A model generated the notes under the pieces. The model saw only the letters and a program-made list of their open reading frames with translations, was not told the DNA's origin and made no database searches. Both the position numbers and the translations under genes were made by a program. DNA of 64,000 nt from Macrostomum lignano (Eukaryota). Where the stretch lies: NCBI GenBank assembly GCA_002269645.1, contig NIVC01000893.1, forward strand, positions 1-64,000. Direction: 5' to 3'. Positions 1-11,060 of the stretch are shown one piece after another. Within the stretch, counting starts at the first letter, position 1, and each line of letters opens with the position of its first letter.

Positions 1-3000
1 TTGACTTAAATTATTCCCGACATGCCCGTTTTTATTTAATGTGTCCCAATGTTTTTTATGTATATATAACGAATCGTGTCGCCGTAATAAATTTCTGGAG
101 TCTTTGAGCCGTCTATAGACGTGATAAAATTATTCATGATCCTTCTTGAATGAGCTAAGATAAATATCCCTAATTGCGCCGGACAAAGGCCTGTTGTAGG
201 AATATCGTCGTCATCTAAATATTCTTGTGTGTCTTTCTTTCTTTCAACATAAAATAAGTCATCACATATTTTCTCATTAGACTTGATTATGTCGTCGTAT
301 TCTTTTTTTAATGTTAGCAAATTCCAGAGATGAGTTGTGAAAGTAATGTCTCTTTGAACTGTTTTACCATATAAGGAATTTAACAATGTTTTTACCAATT
401 CAGAACCCGCCTCATTATTTTCTTTTTTAAATACTTTTCTCATTTCAAAAAGGTTTGTAATATAATTCTGAAACGTAATTTTTTTCATATACAATTCCGC
501 TGTATATCTTTAATATTTTTCCACCCATTCTTACAATTTCTTGTATGTCTACGGAACATAAGGTGTCGATTACCTTTCCGTTGCTAAACCTATTTAATGC
601 TTTTGTTTCATTTGCTTTTGTTTCCGGATTATAAAATTTCTCTTTATCTTTCGATGGGAGATGTTGAAGAAAAACGCTGGTGGGATTCTCATACATAATC
701 TTTAAAACCGCTGTTTTTGGTCGAAAGGTTTGTGAATTAAATTGTGTCAAAAAATCATTTTCCTCACTTATATCAAAAACTCTGCCTTTTCTGCTCTTGG
801 ATATTCACTATCCTTATCAGACATGGCGGATGGGTACAATGAGACTCCATCAAAATTCATTAAGCAATCTGATACAGTACCCAATTGGTTTTTTAGTTTA
901 ATTGCGATTTTCTTTTTTTCTTCCATGTCGCTTTTGAGATAAGTTGATATAACCTCACATGGCTCGCTTGTCGGTATTTTTAAATGATCTTTTACGATGT
1001 CTACGATTGTTTGAAAACAGTCGCTTTCGTATTTGTTTATTAATGCAAATACTCTGCCTCTTTTGACTGCGTCCCGCATAAACCTTCCTATATAAGGATT
1101 GGTATGAGAGTGAACCGAAAATTATTTTCTTAATAGTGTTTGGTATTTCATTTTTTCAAGTTTGCTCAAGTCAAAATAATCTTCGATTTTCAACGGAGAT
1201 ATTATTTCTTCAACTTTTTTAATGTAATTACTTTTTTCTTTTGTCTTTAGGTATTGTTTCATTTTGTCTTCAACTCTAACAAAATCTTTAAACCAACATT
1301 TTAATGTTAAACTCGAACATGTAAGAGTATCAAACATTGTCATTCCTCCAATTTCATATGCTATTTCATTATACTTATGAATACAGGCACATAAAGAAAT
1401 AAGATCAAATTGTAAATATTCATACCATTCATCCATGCGCTCTAGGTAGTCGTGTTCGGTAATTTCATGAACCATTGAGGTCTTGCGCAAATCCTCTCTA
1501 ATTGTCATTGACGAGCAAAACTTTTTTAAACTCATTGAGGCGTGTTGATATGAGCAAAGCATCATAATGGTTTGTTTCGAATCCTTGTGATTCTTCTTCT
1601 TATCTTTGTTTATAAACGCCCTAACCGCTTTTGACGCGTAATCGTTTACAAAAGTGATTGATAATATTCCTCTTGGGGTTTTAAGAATTTTAATTGGTTT
1701 TATATTACAAAATAGTGGTATGTACGAATCGAAGCGGGATGAGTTGTGTGCCATCAAAACAATCTTTTTTGACCTAACTGTACCAAGGTATTTAAACATT
1801 TTTCTAACACAGTCAACCTTAGCTCCGTCTGTTTGAAAATCACAACCGCGATCTGATATCAAGATCTTAGTTAGTTTCTTTATTGTCTCTGGGCTTTCGT
1901 TACAATTATTAGAAAAGTCGTTATAGTTTAAAAGACCAACTGCATACGGGCATGCTTGTTGATTATAATTTAAATATGTTTCAAAATCAAATATGTATAC
2001 ATTTGATTTATTGGGATTTGTGGATGTGTTGAAAATTTTTAGCTCTTTAACATTTTCAGACGTTGGGTTTTTAAATACTACTTTATAATTGTCTTTTATC
2101 CGATCGAGGGCGATTCCTCTTTGTTTATTGGATATAAGGCAATAATGACCAATGTGATAATCGGCTGTGTGATAGTAATTTATTAATAGCCAGTCGTGGT
2201 GAATCCCTCTTTGAGACTTCGGTTCAATTCCACGATTATTAGGATTATACAACCCTATGTTCAGATTAAAATATTCATTGAATTTTCCAATTCTTGAATT
2301 TGTCATTAAACCTCTTTGGGTTCTTGAGTCGTACAACCAAGCACAATATTCGTCTTTGGATGGGGCTTTATCACCATAAATAAATTGAACACACTTGTAG
2401 AAACAATTTCCATCACTAGGTATGTAACAGTACTCGTCTTGATATTCACTAATTTCACACATGACGTTTGTGCCCATACCCTGCTTTGACCTTTCGTGTT
2501 TAAGTGTAATTTCATTTGGTGTCATTTTAAGTCTTCCGTAAAACACACTTAAATTCATGTCGTAGTTTTCTACCAAATGTTTAAACCAAGCTTGAAACTG
2601 ACTTATATTATAAAATGTTGCTAGGTATTGATTAATCTCTTCGCGATCATCTCCGGTTTTGTTATAAAAATATTGTACTCTTGCGTTTGTAATTTCAACA
2701 CTATATCCGTTTGAAAGTTGGGTTTCAATCTAGGACGTTCTGCATTGGTTCAAATCGATAAACCCTAATAAACTCTTCTAGTGGTTTTTCATCCGATTTA
2801 TTCCGCGGTTTCCGACGTATGGGTTTCTTTTGGTTTTTTTCTAATTCTGCTATTCTTTTTTCATATTCAGCGTTTTCTATTAAACGCTTCATTTCATTTC
2901 ATGCCCTTATATTATTTGCTAATTCTTTTATTTGCTGATCTTCTATTTGTTTTTCTCTTTGTCTTTGCCTTTCTCTTTCTCTCGCTCTCTGTCTTTCTCT

Positions 3001-3129
3001 TGCTCTCTGTCTTTCTCTTTGTCTTTGGCGCTGTTCAATTTGTTCAACCTGTCTTTGTAATCGATTGAACTGTTCGCGCTCATTTGCAAGAAGTTGTCGA
3101 ATCTGATCTGGGGTCAGTCTTTGTTCCAC
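1..3129 (-). pseudogene. Protein-primed family B DNA polymerase with N-terminal OTU-like protease domain, disrupted
   Basis: Joined ORFs 2899-3129, 1122-2576 (frame open from about 2740), 768-1079, 445-750 and 36-494 give: OTU-like DGNCFY and GHY, ExoI DFETY, ExoII HNSSRFD, ExoIII YLQFD, Pol motifs DGVSLYPSAM, KTLLNSLYGK and YGDT(DS). In-frame TAA at 1122-1124 (next ORF is in the same frame). Frameshifts near 2900, 2830, 2740, 780, 470 and 75; the last is a 1-nt loss inside GDTDS. Confidence 0.92.
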
Positions 3130-3155
3130 TTTATAGAATAAAATTTATATAATAT

Positions 3156-4145
3156 TTATTCGAGATCCGCTTTCGGTAACAGTAGTCCGCTGCCCATAAC
3201 GTTTGCATTTAAGAAGATTCCTGAACCTGCTTTTGGTCGCATTTCGAGATATAATCCACTTCCGTCGTGTTTTTCAATTATGTTAAAATCTTTTCCCAAT
3301 TTATTAAAAATCTTCTGAACGGCTGGCCTAAAATTAGCTCCAATATTGTCAAAAAATCCTTTAGCTTTCTCACCCGTTTTTTCTAAAGTTTGCCCAAACT
3401 CATGTAGTTTATCTGCGACAACTCCGCTTCCTTGGGTTGTTCCTTTTAAAATTAAACCGTCGCCGTGATTTGTACCTTTTAAAATTAAACCTTTTCCGGC
3501 TGCTAATTTAGCTTCTGCATTTCTTTTTTGTTCTGCTGTTGCTGAGATACTATTAATTGTATCTATAAGTTTTTGTTTGAATTGTGCGTCCTGCGTTATT
3601 TGCTGTCTTTGAAATTCAGCATCTCTTTAAGCTTTTTCATCCGCTGCTTTTTTGTCATTTACTGCCTTTGTGATTCCGGCGGCTCCTCCCGCTATTCCAC
3701 CGGCTGCTCCTATTCCTGCAAAAATTATTGGGAGCAAAGTTGCGAGGGGTAATATACCCCCTTCTTTTGCTTTTAATTCAGCTAATTGTTTTCTGTTATC
3801 GTGAATTCTTTTGGCTGCTAATCCGGTTGCTCCGGCTGCTCCGAGACCCAAAAGTATTGGTAAAATGGGTAGCAACCCGCCGTCCTTTTTAGTGTGAGTC
3901 TCCAATAAAAATTTCACATCGGAGTCTGTTAGCCTATAGTTTCTACCGTGATTCTTAAAGGATATTGGCCTTCCTTCTTTTGCATATTTTGAAGCAAGTT
4001 TAAATGTATCGATATCATAGTCAAGTTTTTTGCCTAAGCGATCCAATCTTTTTAACATTGCGTGACTATGTTTGTTATCGTCTAGATTTAAAGTATCCAC
4101 AATTTCTCCTATAAAATATAGCCGATCGTTATTAACTGAGTCCAT
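3156..4145 (-). pseudogene. Putative viral core/virion precursor protein (about 329 aa) with one in-frame stop
   Basis: ORF 3627-4145 continues in frame past a single TAA to a stop at 3156. Contains KDGG-LLPILPILLGLG and KEGG-ILPLATLLPIIFAGIGAAGG (adenovirus pX/mu-like), then GKGLIL, GDGLIL, GSGVV, GSGLYL, GSGIFL and GSGLLL repeats. Confidence 0.65.
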
Positions 4146-4155
4146 TTTTATATTG

Positions 4156-4566
4156 TTAAAATTTCTTTAATCCTTTTCCGCCTTTAATTGTGGTTAACAT
4201 TTTATTAAAATCCTGAATATCTTTATTACTTATTGGTGTGCTTTTCGTGGGGGTTTCTGTTGGTTGTGCGGCTTGAGTTGCTTCCTGCGCTAGTTTCAAA
4301 TCTTTTATTGCTTTTATTTGTGAGAGGGTGTCGTTAAATTCTCTCAATTTCTTTAGTTCTTCTGCTGCCCTAGCTGCTTCGATTCCGCCCTTTACAGCGT
4401 TTGTTATAGATCCTGCTGCAGAGCCTGCTTGGCCTATAAGACCCATATTATCTTTAACGAAATTTGCTGCTGTTCCAACCACATCAAAAAGACCCTCACC
4501 TCGGTATTCAACTGGGTCTCCTATTTGAAATTCATTCAGATTTTGTATATGTGTAACGTGTGTCAT
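4156..4566 (-). CDS. Small intact viral ORF (136 aa); GEG motif followed by an amphipathic helix; C-terminal GGKGLKKF
   Basis: Open ORF next to the element end. RGEG-LFDVVGTAANFVKDN looks like a protease site plus amphipathic segment. Function is inferred only. Confidence 0.6.
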   Translation of the reverse strand: MTHVTHIQNLNEFQIGDPVEYRGEGLFDVVGTAANFVKDNMGLIGQAGSAAGSITNAVKGGIEAARAAEELKKLREFNDTLSQIKAIKDLKLAQEATQAAQPTETPTKSTPISNKDIQDFNKMLTTIKGGKGLKKF

Positions 4567-4640
4567 TTTTGTCTATTTTTAGTAACAGAAAAAGACCCTT
4601 CGCGCCTGCGGCGCGGCCTGGGGTTATAGAGTGTTTGTTA

Positions 4641-4745
4641 GTGTTGGAAGTGTTGGAAGTGTTGGAAGTGTTGGAAGTGTTGGAAGTGTTCGAAGTGTTG
4701 AAGTGTTGGAAGTGTTGGAAGTGTTGGAAGTGTTGGGAAGTGTTG
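4641..4745. repeat. 9-bp tandem repeat (TGTTGGAAG)n in the subterminal region of the Maverick
   Basis: About 11 near-perfect units, read directly. Confidence 0.9.
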
Positions 4746-5711
4746 TAAGTGTGAAATTGGGAAATTGACAGAAATGAAGCGAGGATGGGCGGAGCGAGTT
4801 GAGCGGAGTGAAGACGAGCGGTAATGAACACGAGCGAAGTGAAGACGAGCGATGTGAAGGGAAAATGAGTCATTTCACACTGATAAAGGGTTAAATTGAT
4901 TGAATTATGAGAACGGTTTGCTGGCAATTTTGTATCGTATATACTACTAGGGTCCCCTCGAATATCTGGAGCTCGGAGTTCGGGACGGGTGAAATTCAAA
5001 TGAGAAGGGGGGTTCCAGTCGAGAGTCTGGCTGGAAAGGAGGGGCGCAGACTCTTAAACGTGCTCTTATGAGCCACCGGGAGGAAAAAGGGCTTACCCCG
5101 GGTGGGACAGGAGAGACACCAGGTGGGGAGAGAGGAGGGTACACCGGGTGGTGACGAATAAACACCGGGTGGACCCTAGGGAAAAACACGGGATGTTTGT
5201 AAAACAAAACATTACGGGAGGTGGGAAGGGAAATTTACATTAGGCGAAAAGCGGATTCCTCACAGGGAATGACGTCAAAAAAATGCGCAATTCACTGGGT
5301 GAGCAAATCCACTCGGCGGAAACAAAGTTTCGTTCGGTGGGAGCAGTGGGAGGCCGCGCCTACCACAAAAGGCCTGTCTAATAGCCGTTTCTGTTTTCCA
5401 GGAACTTTTTAAGTTTAAGATAGATATAACAAAAAATACAATTTACAAATACTTTGTCCGTCTTTACATACTAAAACCATACTTTAGTTTAAGCAATAAA
5501 CCAAACCAGTATCATTATAACTTATGTTGCATAAACATAAGCATAAACATTATAACTAGTATGCATAAAACATTAGCCTTATTGAGAAATGAAGGCCAAC
5601 ACCAACATATAAGAAATTATTATAATAGCCAACGCGTTTCGACACAAACGCAAACTCCCATTCCTTGGAGTCCCGTCCCTGAGTCTGGAAAAGAAGCTTA
5701 AAAGAACTTTC

Positions 5712-6110
5712 TTGAAGTATTTCAACTCTCGGGTCATGGTTGTGTTTCAGACCGCCAAAATTGGCCAGTTTGTTAGCAAGTTGAAGTCGAAGGCCCCTAG
5801 AGCTCTGTCTGCTGGTGTCATCTATCAATTTTGTTGCTCTGGTGATCAGAGCATTTCCTACATCGGAAAAACCAAAAGGCACCTGTACACTAGGGCTAGG
5901 GAGCATAGAATGAATAACTCTGCTGTGCATGATCACTTGCTTAGTTGCAATGCCGAGCATGAGCCGACTGAGCTTTTCACTGTTTTGGATAGATGTAGAT
6001 TTGATGGCAAGCTCAGAGTGCTGGAAGCCTTGCACATTAAGCATCATAGACCTAGTTTGAATACTCAGCTTGCAGGTGGAGGAGCCAGTTTACAGCTCAA
6101 GGTTTTCTAG
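5712..6110 (+). pseudogene. Penelope GIY-YIG endonuclease, C-terminal part of ORF
   Basis: GVIYQFCC..SYIGKTKRHLYTRAREH..SAVHDHL..LEALHIK..PSLN. Confidence 0.88.
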
Positions 6111-6311
6111 GCTTTGGTGTGGGTTTGAGGCTCTCTCCCCGCCAATATTGTTTGCTCTGTGGTTGCGTTTTCTGTGTGATGGCCAAATAATTTATTATAG
6201 TTTCGTCTCTTAATGTACAATTATCGACCGGACTGAACCCATTTGTCTATTGCCATGTACAGTTTTTGATTTTCTCTATTTAAGTATACTGAACTGTGAA
6301 TCATGAGTGCA

Positions 6312-6350
6312 AGCCCTGAAGATGACCGCTTGTGTCGAAACGCGTTGGCT
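6312..6350 (+). ncRNA. Minimal type I hammerhead ribozyme in the Penelope pLTR
   Basis: AGCC-CTGAAGA-T-GAC(CGCTTGT)GTC-GAAA-CGCG-TT-GGCT: conserved core, stem I AGCC/GGCT, stem II GAC/GTC, palindromic ACGCGT helix III. Confidence 0.8.
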
Positions 6351-6586
6351 ATTATAATAATTTCTTATATGTTGGTGTTGGCCTTCATTTCTCTATTATT
6401 TATTAAACGAGCATCGCTACCAGATTAGCCTTATTGATTCTGGCAACAAGACAAGACATTTCTGTATAATGGAATACCGCCCTAGCTCTTAGCAGTGTAG
6501 CAAACCTGGGGACCTTGTTCTCGTTCGATTAGCTCTAGTAACTTTAACTGGATACTAGTACTGTGCTTCCAATTTTGATGAACAAC

Positions 6587-7533
6587 AATAGCAGCAACAA
6601 CAACAAGGGTGCGTCAGATGGTGCACGCCGCAGAGCCTGGGAGCTCCGCGCCAAACAAAGTCCACCCCGTTAGCAGTGTCGGGCGCCCCAGCGTCGCACA
6701 AGAGGCAGTCCACGTATCGACGAGTTTGGGCCTGACCCCACTAGAACAGGCCCACTTGTAGAACTCCTGATGAAGTGTCGAACAGGTCAAACAGGCCGAC
6801 CGCCGTCACCACAGCAGCTCGAGAGTGTCGCAATACAGTGCCATGACAGCATCAATTAGCTGCTGGGGTACCCGGTAGGCTCGAAGGACAAAGGGAAGCG
6901 CGGCTCTCAGCACCGAGTCAAATGCATTTCGAAAGTCAACGAAGAAAATGATCGGCGTAGACTGCATGGCGGATGCGCGCCTCCTCGATGACACGGCAGA
7001 ATGCGAGGATCTGAGGCACTGTACTGGGGCCAAAATCCGTTCTGCTCGTACCGCAGGTCCAGCACCGACTGCAGACGATCGAGCAGCAGCCTGTTGAAGA
7101 GATTCGCGGTGCAGGACATCAGCGAGATCCCGCAGTGGTCTTCTTTCCGCTTTGTCCCTGCCTTCTTTGGGGTCGGCACGAGATGCGCGACGGTCAACTC
7201 GGTGGGCGCGGGGCGCCGGCGAGCACGGCGGCTCATGACGCCTGTGACCTGGGAGGCCACATAGCGGAGCCGCATCGTCGCGACCGGGACTTCGCCGGGG
7301 CCGAGCGCCTTGCCACCTGATGTTTTTCGAGCGAACAGCACAACGTCCACCGTGGTGACTGATGGGCGCAGAAGTCCTCCTCAGCTGGGAGCGGCGTGTC
7401 CAGTGGAAGCGCAAAGCTGGCGGGCAGCGGCGACGCGGGCGCGTTTACGATGCCGGCGAAGAAGTCGCGCAGTTTATTCTTGCGCTTCTCCGGGGTGTCG
7501 CCGGCCAGGTTCAGTGCCGGCGCCGGAACCAGA
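6587..7533 (-). mobile_element. RTE/RTEX-like non-LTR retrotransposon fragment, internally deleted
   Basis: KALGPGEVP, VPTPKK, GISLMSCTANLFNRLLLDRL, EQNGF, FVDFRNAFDSV and SSGVLQ, then a jump to the 3' end shared with 16472-17320; (TTG)n tail. Confidence 0.88.
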
Positions 7534-8810
7534 TTCAGTAGTTCATGTACATGTATGCATGCATGTACATGTACACTATAATAACATGTACGTTGTTACG
7601 TTTGACTGTCAGATAATTCGCAATGCGTCGCTTCTACGTGGATATTATTTTTTACGCCACTATTGCCGTATCGTTTATCAATTAAAACGACTTTTATAGA
7701 TTTTTTGCTTGAAACTCATACTGTACAAACTATAGAATAGTAGCTACTTGAGCATGATATTTCATGAGATGACAAATTAGCTACGGCATAATGATGATGA
7801 ATTAGAACCGTTTCAATTCACACATGACGTACATGTACCATGTCGACATGGAATACGCAGGATGCACAGACATGCAATTTCCGATGGTTGGAAAAATTAG
7901 CAATATACTAATCGAAAGCTGAAGTTGCTTGTATAATTGTAATTAAAGCATGTTTTCAAGCATGTTGATAAGGATTAGTGCAGGAGAGAGATGGACTGGA
8001 ATATATGTACAACACGCTTTCATTTCACATTATAAGCTAAAACAATACCAAAGGGATTACATAATCAGATGAGCGAGAGATCGGCTCTGTTATTGGCCGT
8101 AATGTCACATTAAAGTTGATTAACAAGAACAGTTTGTAATTAAATTGTATTCTAACTAAGCATTGCATTATACTTCAGTAATTAGCTAAATAAAAAATAT
8201 CCGGAATTTGATTTATAACAAATCAAACAAAACAGCCGGATCGATTAAAACAACTTGAGCAAGTTATAGAAAAATCAAATACTTTTTTATCAGTTCTGAA
8301 ATTCATTTGTAAAAAAGTCCTGCTGCAGTAATCCTTGAAGGAAGCGTGCCCATGATTTACATCTAGTACGTATTCAGTCGTATGTAAATTATAAGCAGAA
8401 TAAATATAACTTGAGGGAATTTACTACAATAAAAGTTAACTGGCAACAGTATCCATCTACTGCTTTCCAGGGCAGCCTCCGTGACTGTTTTATCGATCCA
8501 TCGATCGCAGCCCTTAAAATTTTTAAAGGATAAAGCACAGAAGCACCTCAAAAGTACAAGTTATGAGTCAATTTTTAAGCGACTGTTCAGCTACCCAACA
8601 AATTATCGCTTTTGATCCCCTTCAGGACCCACATATATTGTCTATTGGATAAACTGACGCGCATATACAAGGCTGGAAAACTGAATTTAATTTTTGTGAG
8701 CTATCCCATCCCTGATATCTAAGAGAGTCGATCAATTTCAATCATGGTTCAATTCCCAATGCTAACACATGCGCTAGAAAACACACAGCCCGCGATAAAC
8801 AGCAGGCTAG

Positions 8811-9320
8811 TTAATGTTGATCAAGACGAGCATCAATCTTGGGCATCAGCATAAGATTGAGATTGGTTTCGCCAAAGAATGTTCTCACGGAGCTCGCATC
8901 CGTCATAGCAAAAATGCGCAGGGCGTCCCCGGCGCGCAACTCGATCCAGTCCACAATCCGACAGCTGTTTGTCCGCTGAGCGTCGCAGCTCAGCACAGTG
9001 TCTCGGCTGTTCAAGCGAATTTCGAATGACACATTACCGGACAATCGAGCCTTGAGCAGGTAGACACCTGTAACTCGGACGATCAAGGAATCGTTCACGA
9101 CTCGGAAAGTGTCAGACAAGTTGCTACAGTTTTGCGCTGGTATTTGCTCTGACAAACGGACGAGCGCCAGTGGATTGAAGCAAGTTAGCGGGCCAATTGC
9201 GCTTAAAGCTGCGGGGATCGAGTAAATAACGCTTGGCCCATTAATACTCCAGAAGTACAAATAAACTAGCACCAGCACCAGGGGTGCCAGCACACCAAAG
9301 TGACATATATTCAGGCGCAT
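8811..9320 (-). CDS. Intronless TNF-superfamily-like (TNF/C1q fold) membrane-anchored or secreted protein, 169 aa from ATG at 9320
   Basis: N-terminal hydrophobic segment GVLAPLVLVLVYLYFWSI; beta-strand motifs LIVRVTGVYLLKARL and IELRAGDALRI resemble TNF homology domain strands. Recognised by motif only. Confidence 0.5.
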   Translation of the reverse strand: MRLNICHFGVLAPLVLVLVYLYFWSINGPSVIYSIPAALSAIGPLTCFNPLALVRLSEQIPAQNCSNLSDTFRVVNDSLIVRVTGVYLLKARLSGNVSFEIRLNSRDTVLSCDAQRTNSCRIVDWIELRAGDALRIFAMTDASSVRTFFGETNLNLMLMPKIDARLDQH

Positions 9321-9663
9321 AGAGACAAAAAACACTTGTTAAAATGGTAAAATTCTCTTACCATCTGGTCTGATTTCATCGTCACCCACTACTCCGACGC
9401 TTATCTACAATATTTAAGGTTGCAATCAATGGAGACATTTTGCATGCGTAACATGTCATGTTAATACATTATTTAACTACATATAGCGTAGAGGTATATG
9501 TGCTCAACAAAAGGTATTTTTAGCTACAACTGAAAATCGATGAAGCGTTAAATAAATAGAACATATAACTTAGACCTACATGTATGATTGACATGTATGG
9601 GCTACGGTATTCGATACCCATATAGAAAGTTCCTGGGTTGGATTCCTACATAATGCTCTACTC

Positions 9664-10006
9664 CAGGGCTCGGAAAACTGAGGCCCGCGGGCCACCGGCC
9701 TTCGGATCCTTTGAAACTTCGCAATAGCAATCCGGCCCACTCAAGGTTTGTGTCTCTTCTCATGCAGTTCTTTCTCTTTTTCTCGCTCTTCTCTCTCCCC
9801 TCTCCTCTCTCCCCGTCTCTCCCCTTCATCTCTTCTCTCTCTCTCCTCTTCTCTCCCCTCCCTGCCTTCCCTACTCTCCCATTTTCTCTCATCTCACCTC
9901 TGATCTTTTATCCTTTCTAGTTTCCTTTCTAGTTTCCTTTCCATAGACTGCAGCCATAAGCTGTATTTTCTACTGGTTTTTGAGGTAATATGTTTGCTGA
10001 CCCCTG
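9664..10006. mobile_element. hAT (Charlie/Buster-type) MITE with CT-rich interior
   Basis: Ends CAGGGCTCGGAAAA / TTTGCTGACCCCTG; perfect 8-bp TSD CTCTACTC; relative at 28019-28468. Confidence 0.85.
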
Positions 10007-10112
10007 CTCTACTCAAAAAGAGAGCCAGGGCTGGCCGATAGACAGCCTGTGTACTTAATCTGATACAATTAGCAGCGATATAATTAACCAAAGCCAATTA
10101 GCAACAACTTAC

Positions 10113-10253
10113 CCTTGGCAGCAACCGTGTTCTGGGCGCCGCAGTTTCCACAGCCTTCTTGATTTCGCACGGTTTCTTCAAGCGACTGCCGCAGGCCCCG
10201 CAGGTGCAGGTAATGCTGGCAATCAGTATGCAAAACGCAATCACCGAACACAT
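10113..10253 (-). CDS. Candidate exon encoding a hydrophobic, Cys-rich segment (signal peptide or TM)
   Basis: 141 nt, MCSVIAFCILIASITCTCGACGSRLKK..., ends at GTAAGT donor followed by a possible 53-nt intron. Gene context unresolved and a second frame is also open. Confidence 0.3.
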
Positions 10254-10924
10254 CTTTGGATTAGCTAACTAAAAGAATTTGTCCTATTAGACACTAATTG
10301 CTAACAGTTGGCTTGATTGTGAGTTGTTAAATTTGGCGGCTTCATCTCTCAATTCCATCAACTTTTATACAAATTTGAGCCTGTCAGCAAAGGCACCAAC
10401 TTGTCTATTTTTATCCCGGCAAAAACCAAAATTAATCAAATTGCACCATAAGATACGCCAGATTCGAAAATTCAAGGAACATTTGTACGCTAAGGTTTTG
10501 TTTACATTTTCATGTAGACATGCGAAATAAGCGAAATTTGTGCGCCAGTGCCTCCTTGTCCGCCCACTGCATCAATGTAAAAATGCGATAGAAAACCTCA
10601 TTACGGAGTAACTTCGTTCCTATTTTTAACTTCACGAATTTTTCAAACATGAAAACTACATGTATTCAATTATAGAGGTAATTTTTAGTATCTGGACTAG
10701 CAATTTGCGCAACCCCCCCCCGTTCGGGGAGGCAACACAGAAACGAAAAAAAATAGACGAGTAATTTGCATAAAATTCACATCGGTTTTGACCTTGTACA
10801 GTCATTAGTATTAATTCTTACGGAAATTAATGATGTTTAAAACTAAAAAACATATTCACACTGAAAGTCATTAAATATAGCCTCAGCCATCAGCATCCAC
10901 TATATTAGCTTTAACTCAAAGCAT

Positions 10925-11060
10925 CTGAGCAGCCCCATGAGCCACAGAATTTCAGCATCTCCCTCATGAGTTTCGACATATCAGCAATTCCGCCATAAGC
11001 CTTGACATCTCAGCAATTCCCCATGAGCCTTGACATCTCAGCAATTATCATTGACGTCTT
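10925..11060. repeat. Short degenerate copy of the 28-bp CCATGAGCCTTGACA..CAGCAATTC minisatellite
   Basis: Same unit as the large array at 50080-51452. Confidence 0.75.

Larger units (their letters stand above)
1..4948 (-). mobile_element. Maverick/Polinton (adintovirus-like) endogenous viral element, right arm; runs off the left window edge; decayed
   Basis: Three tightly packed, intronless, co-oriented ORFs (10 and 26 bp spacers) including an OTU-pPolB. Candidate terminus reads 5'-AGTAGTATATAC inward from 4948, matching the AGTAGT ends typical of Polintons. The partner TIR is outside the window, so the exact end is unconfirmed. Confidence 0.8.
5586..6423 (+). mobile_element. 5'-truncated Penelope-like retroelement with inverted pLTR fragment and 14-bp target duplication
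   Basis: GIY-YIG ORF remnant; 64-bp inverted repeat 5584-5647 / 6330-6393; flanking direct repeat ATTAGCCTTATTGA at 5572-5585 and 6424-6437. Confidence 0.9.

Noticed and set aside
4532-5207. ORFs 4532-4999 and 4947-5207 as viral genes
   Set aside because: They run through terminal tandem repeats and show no protein-like motifs.
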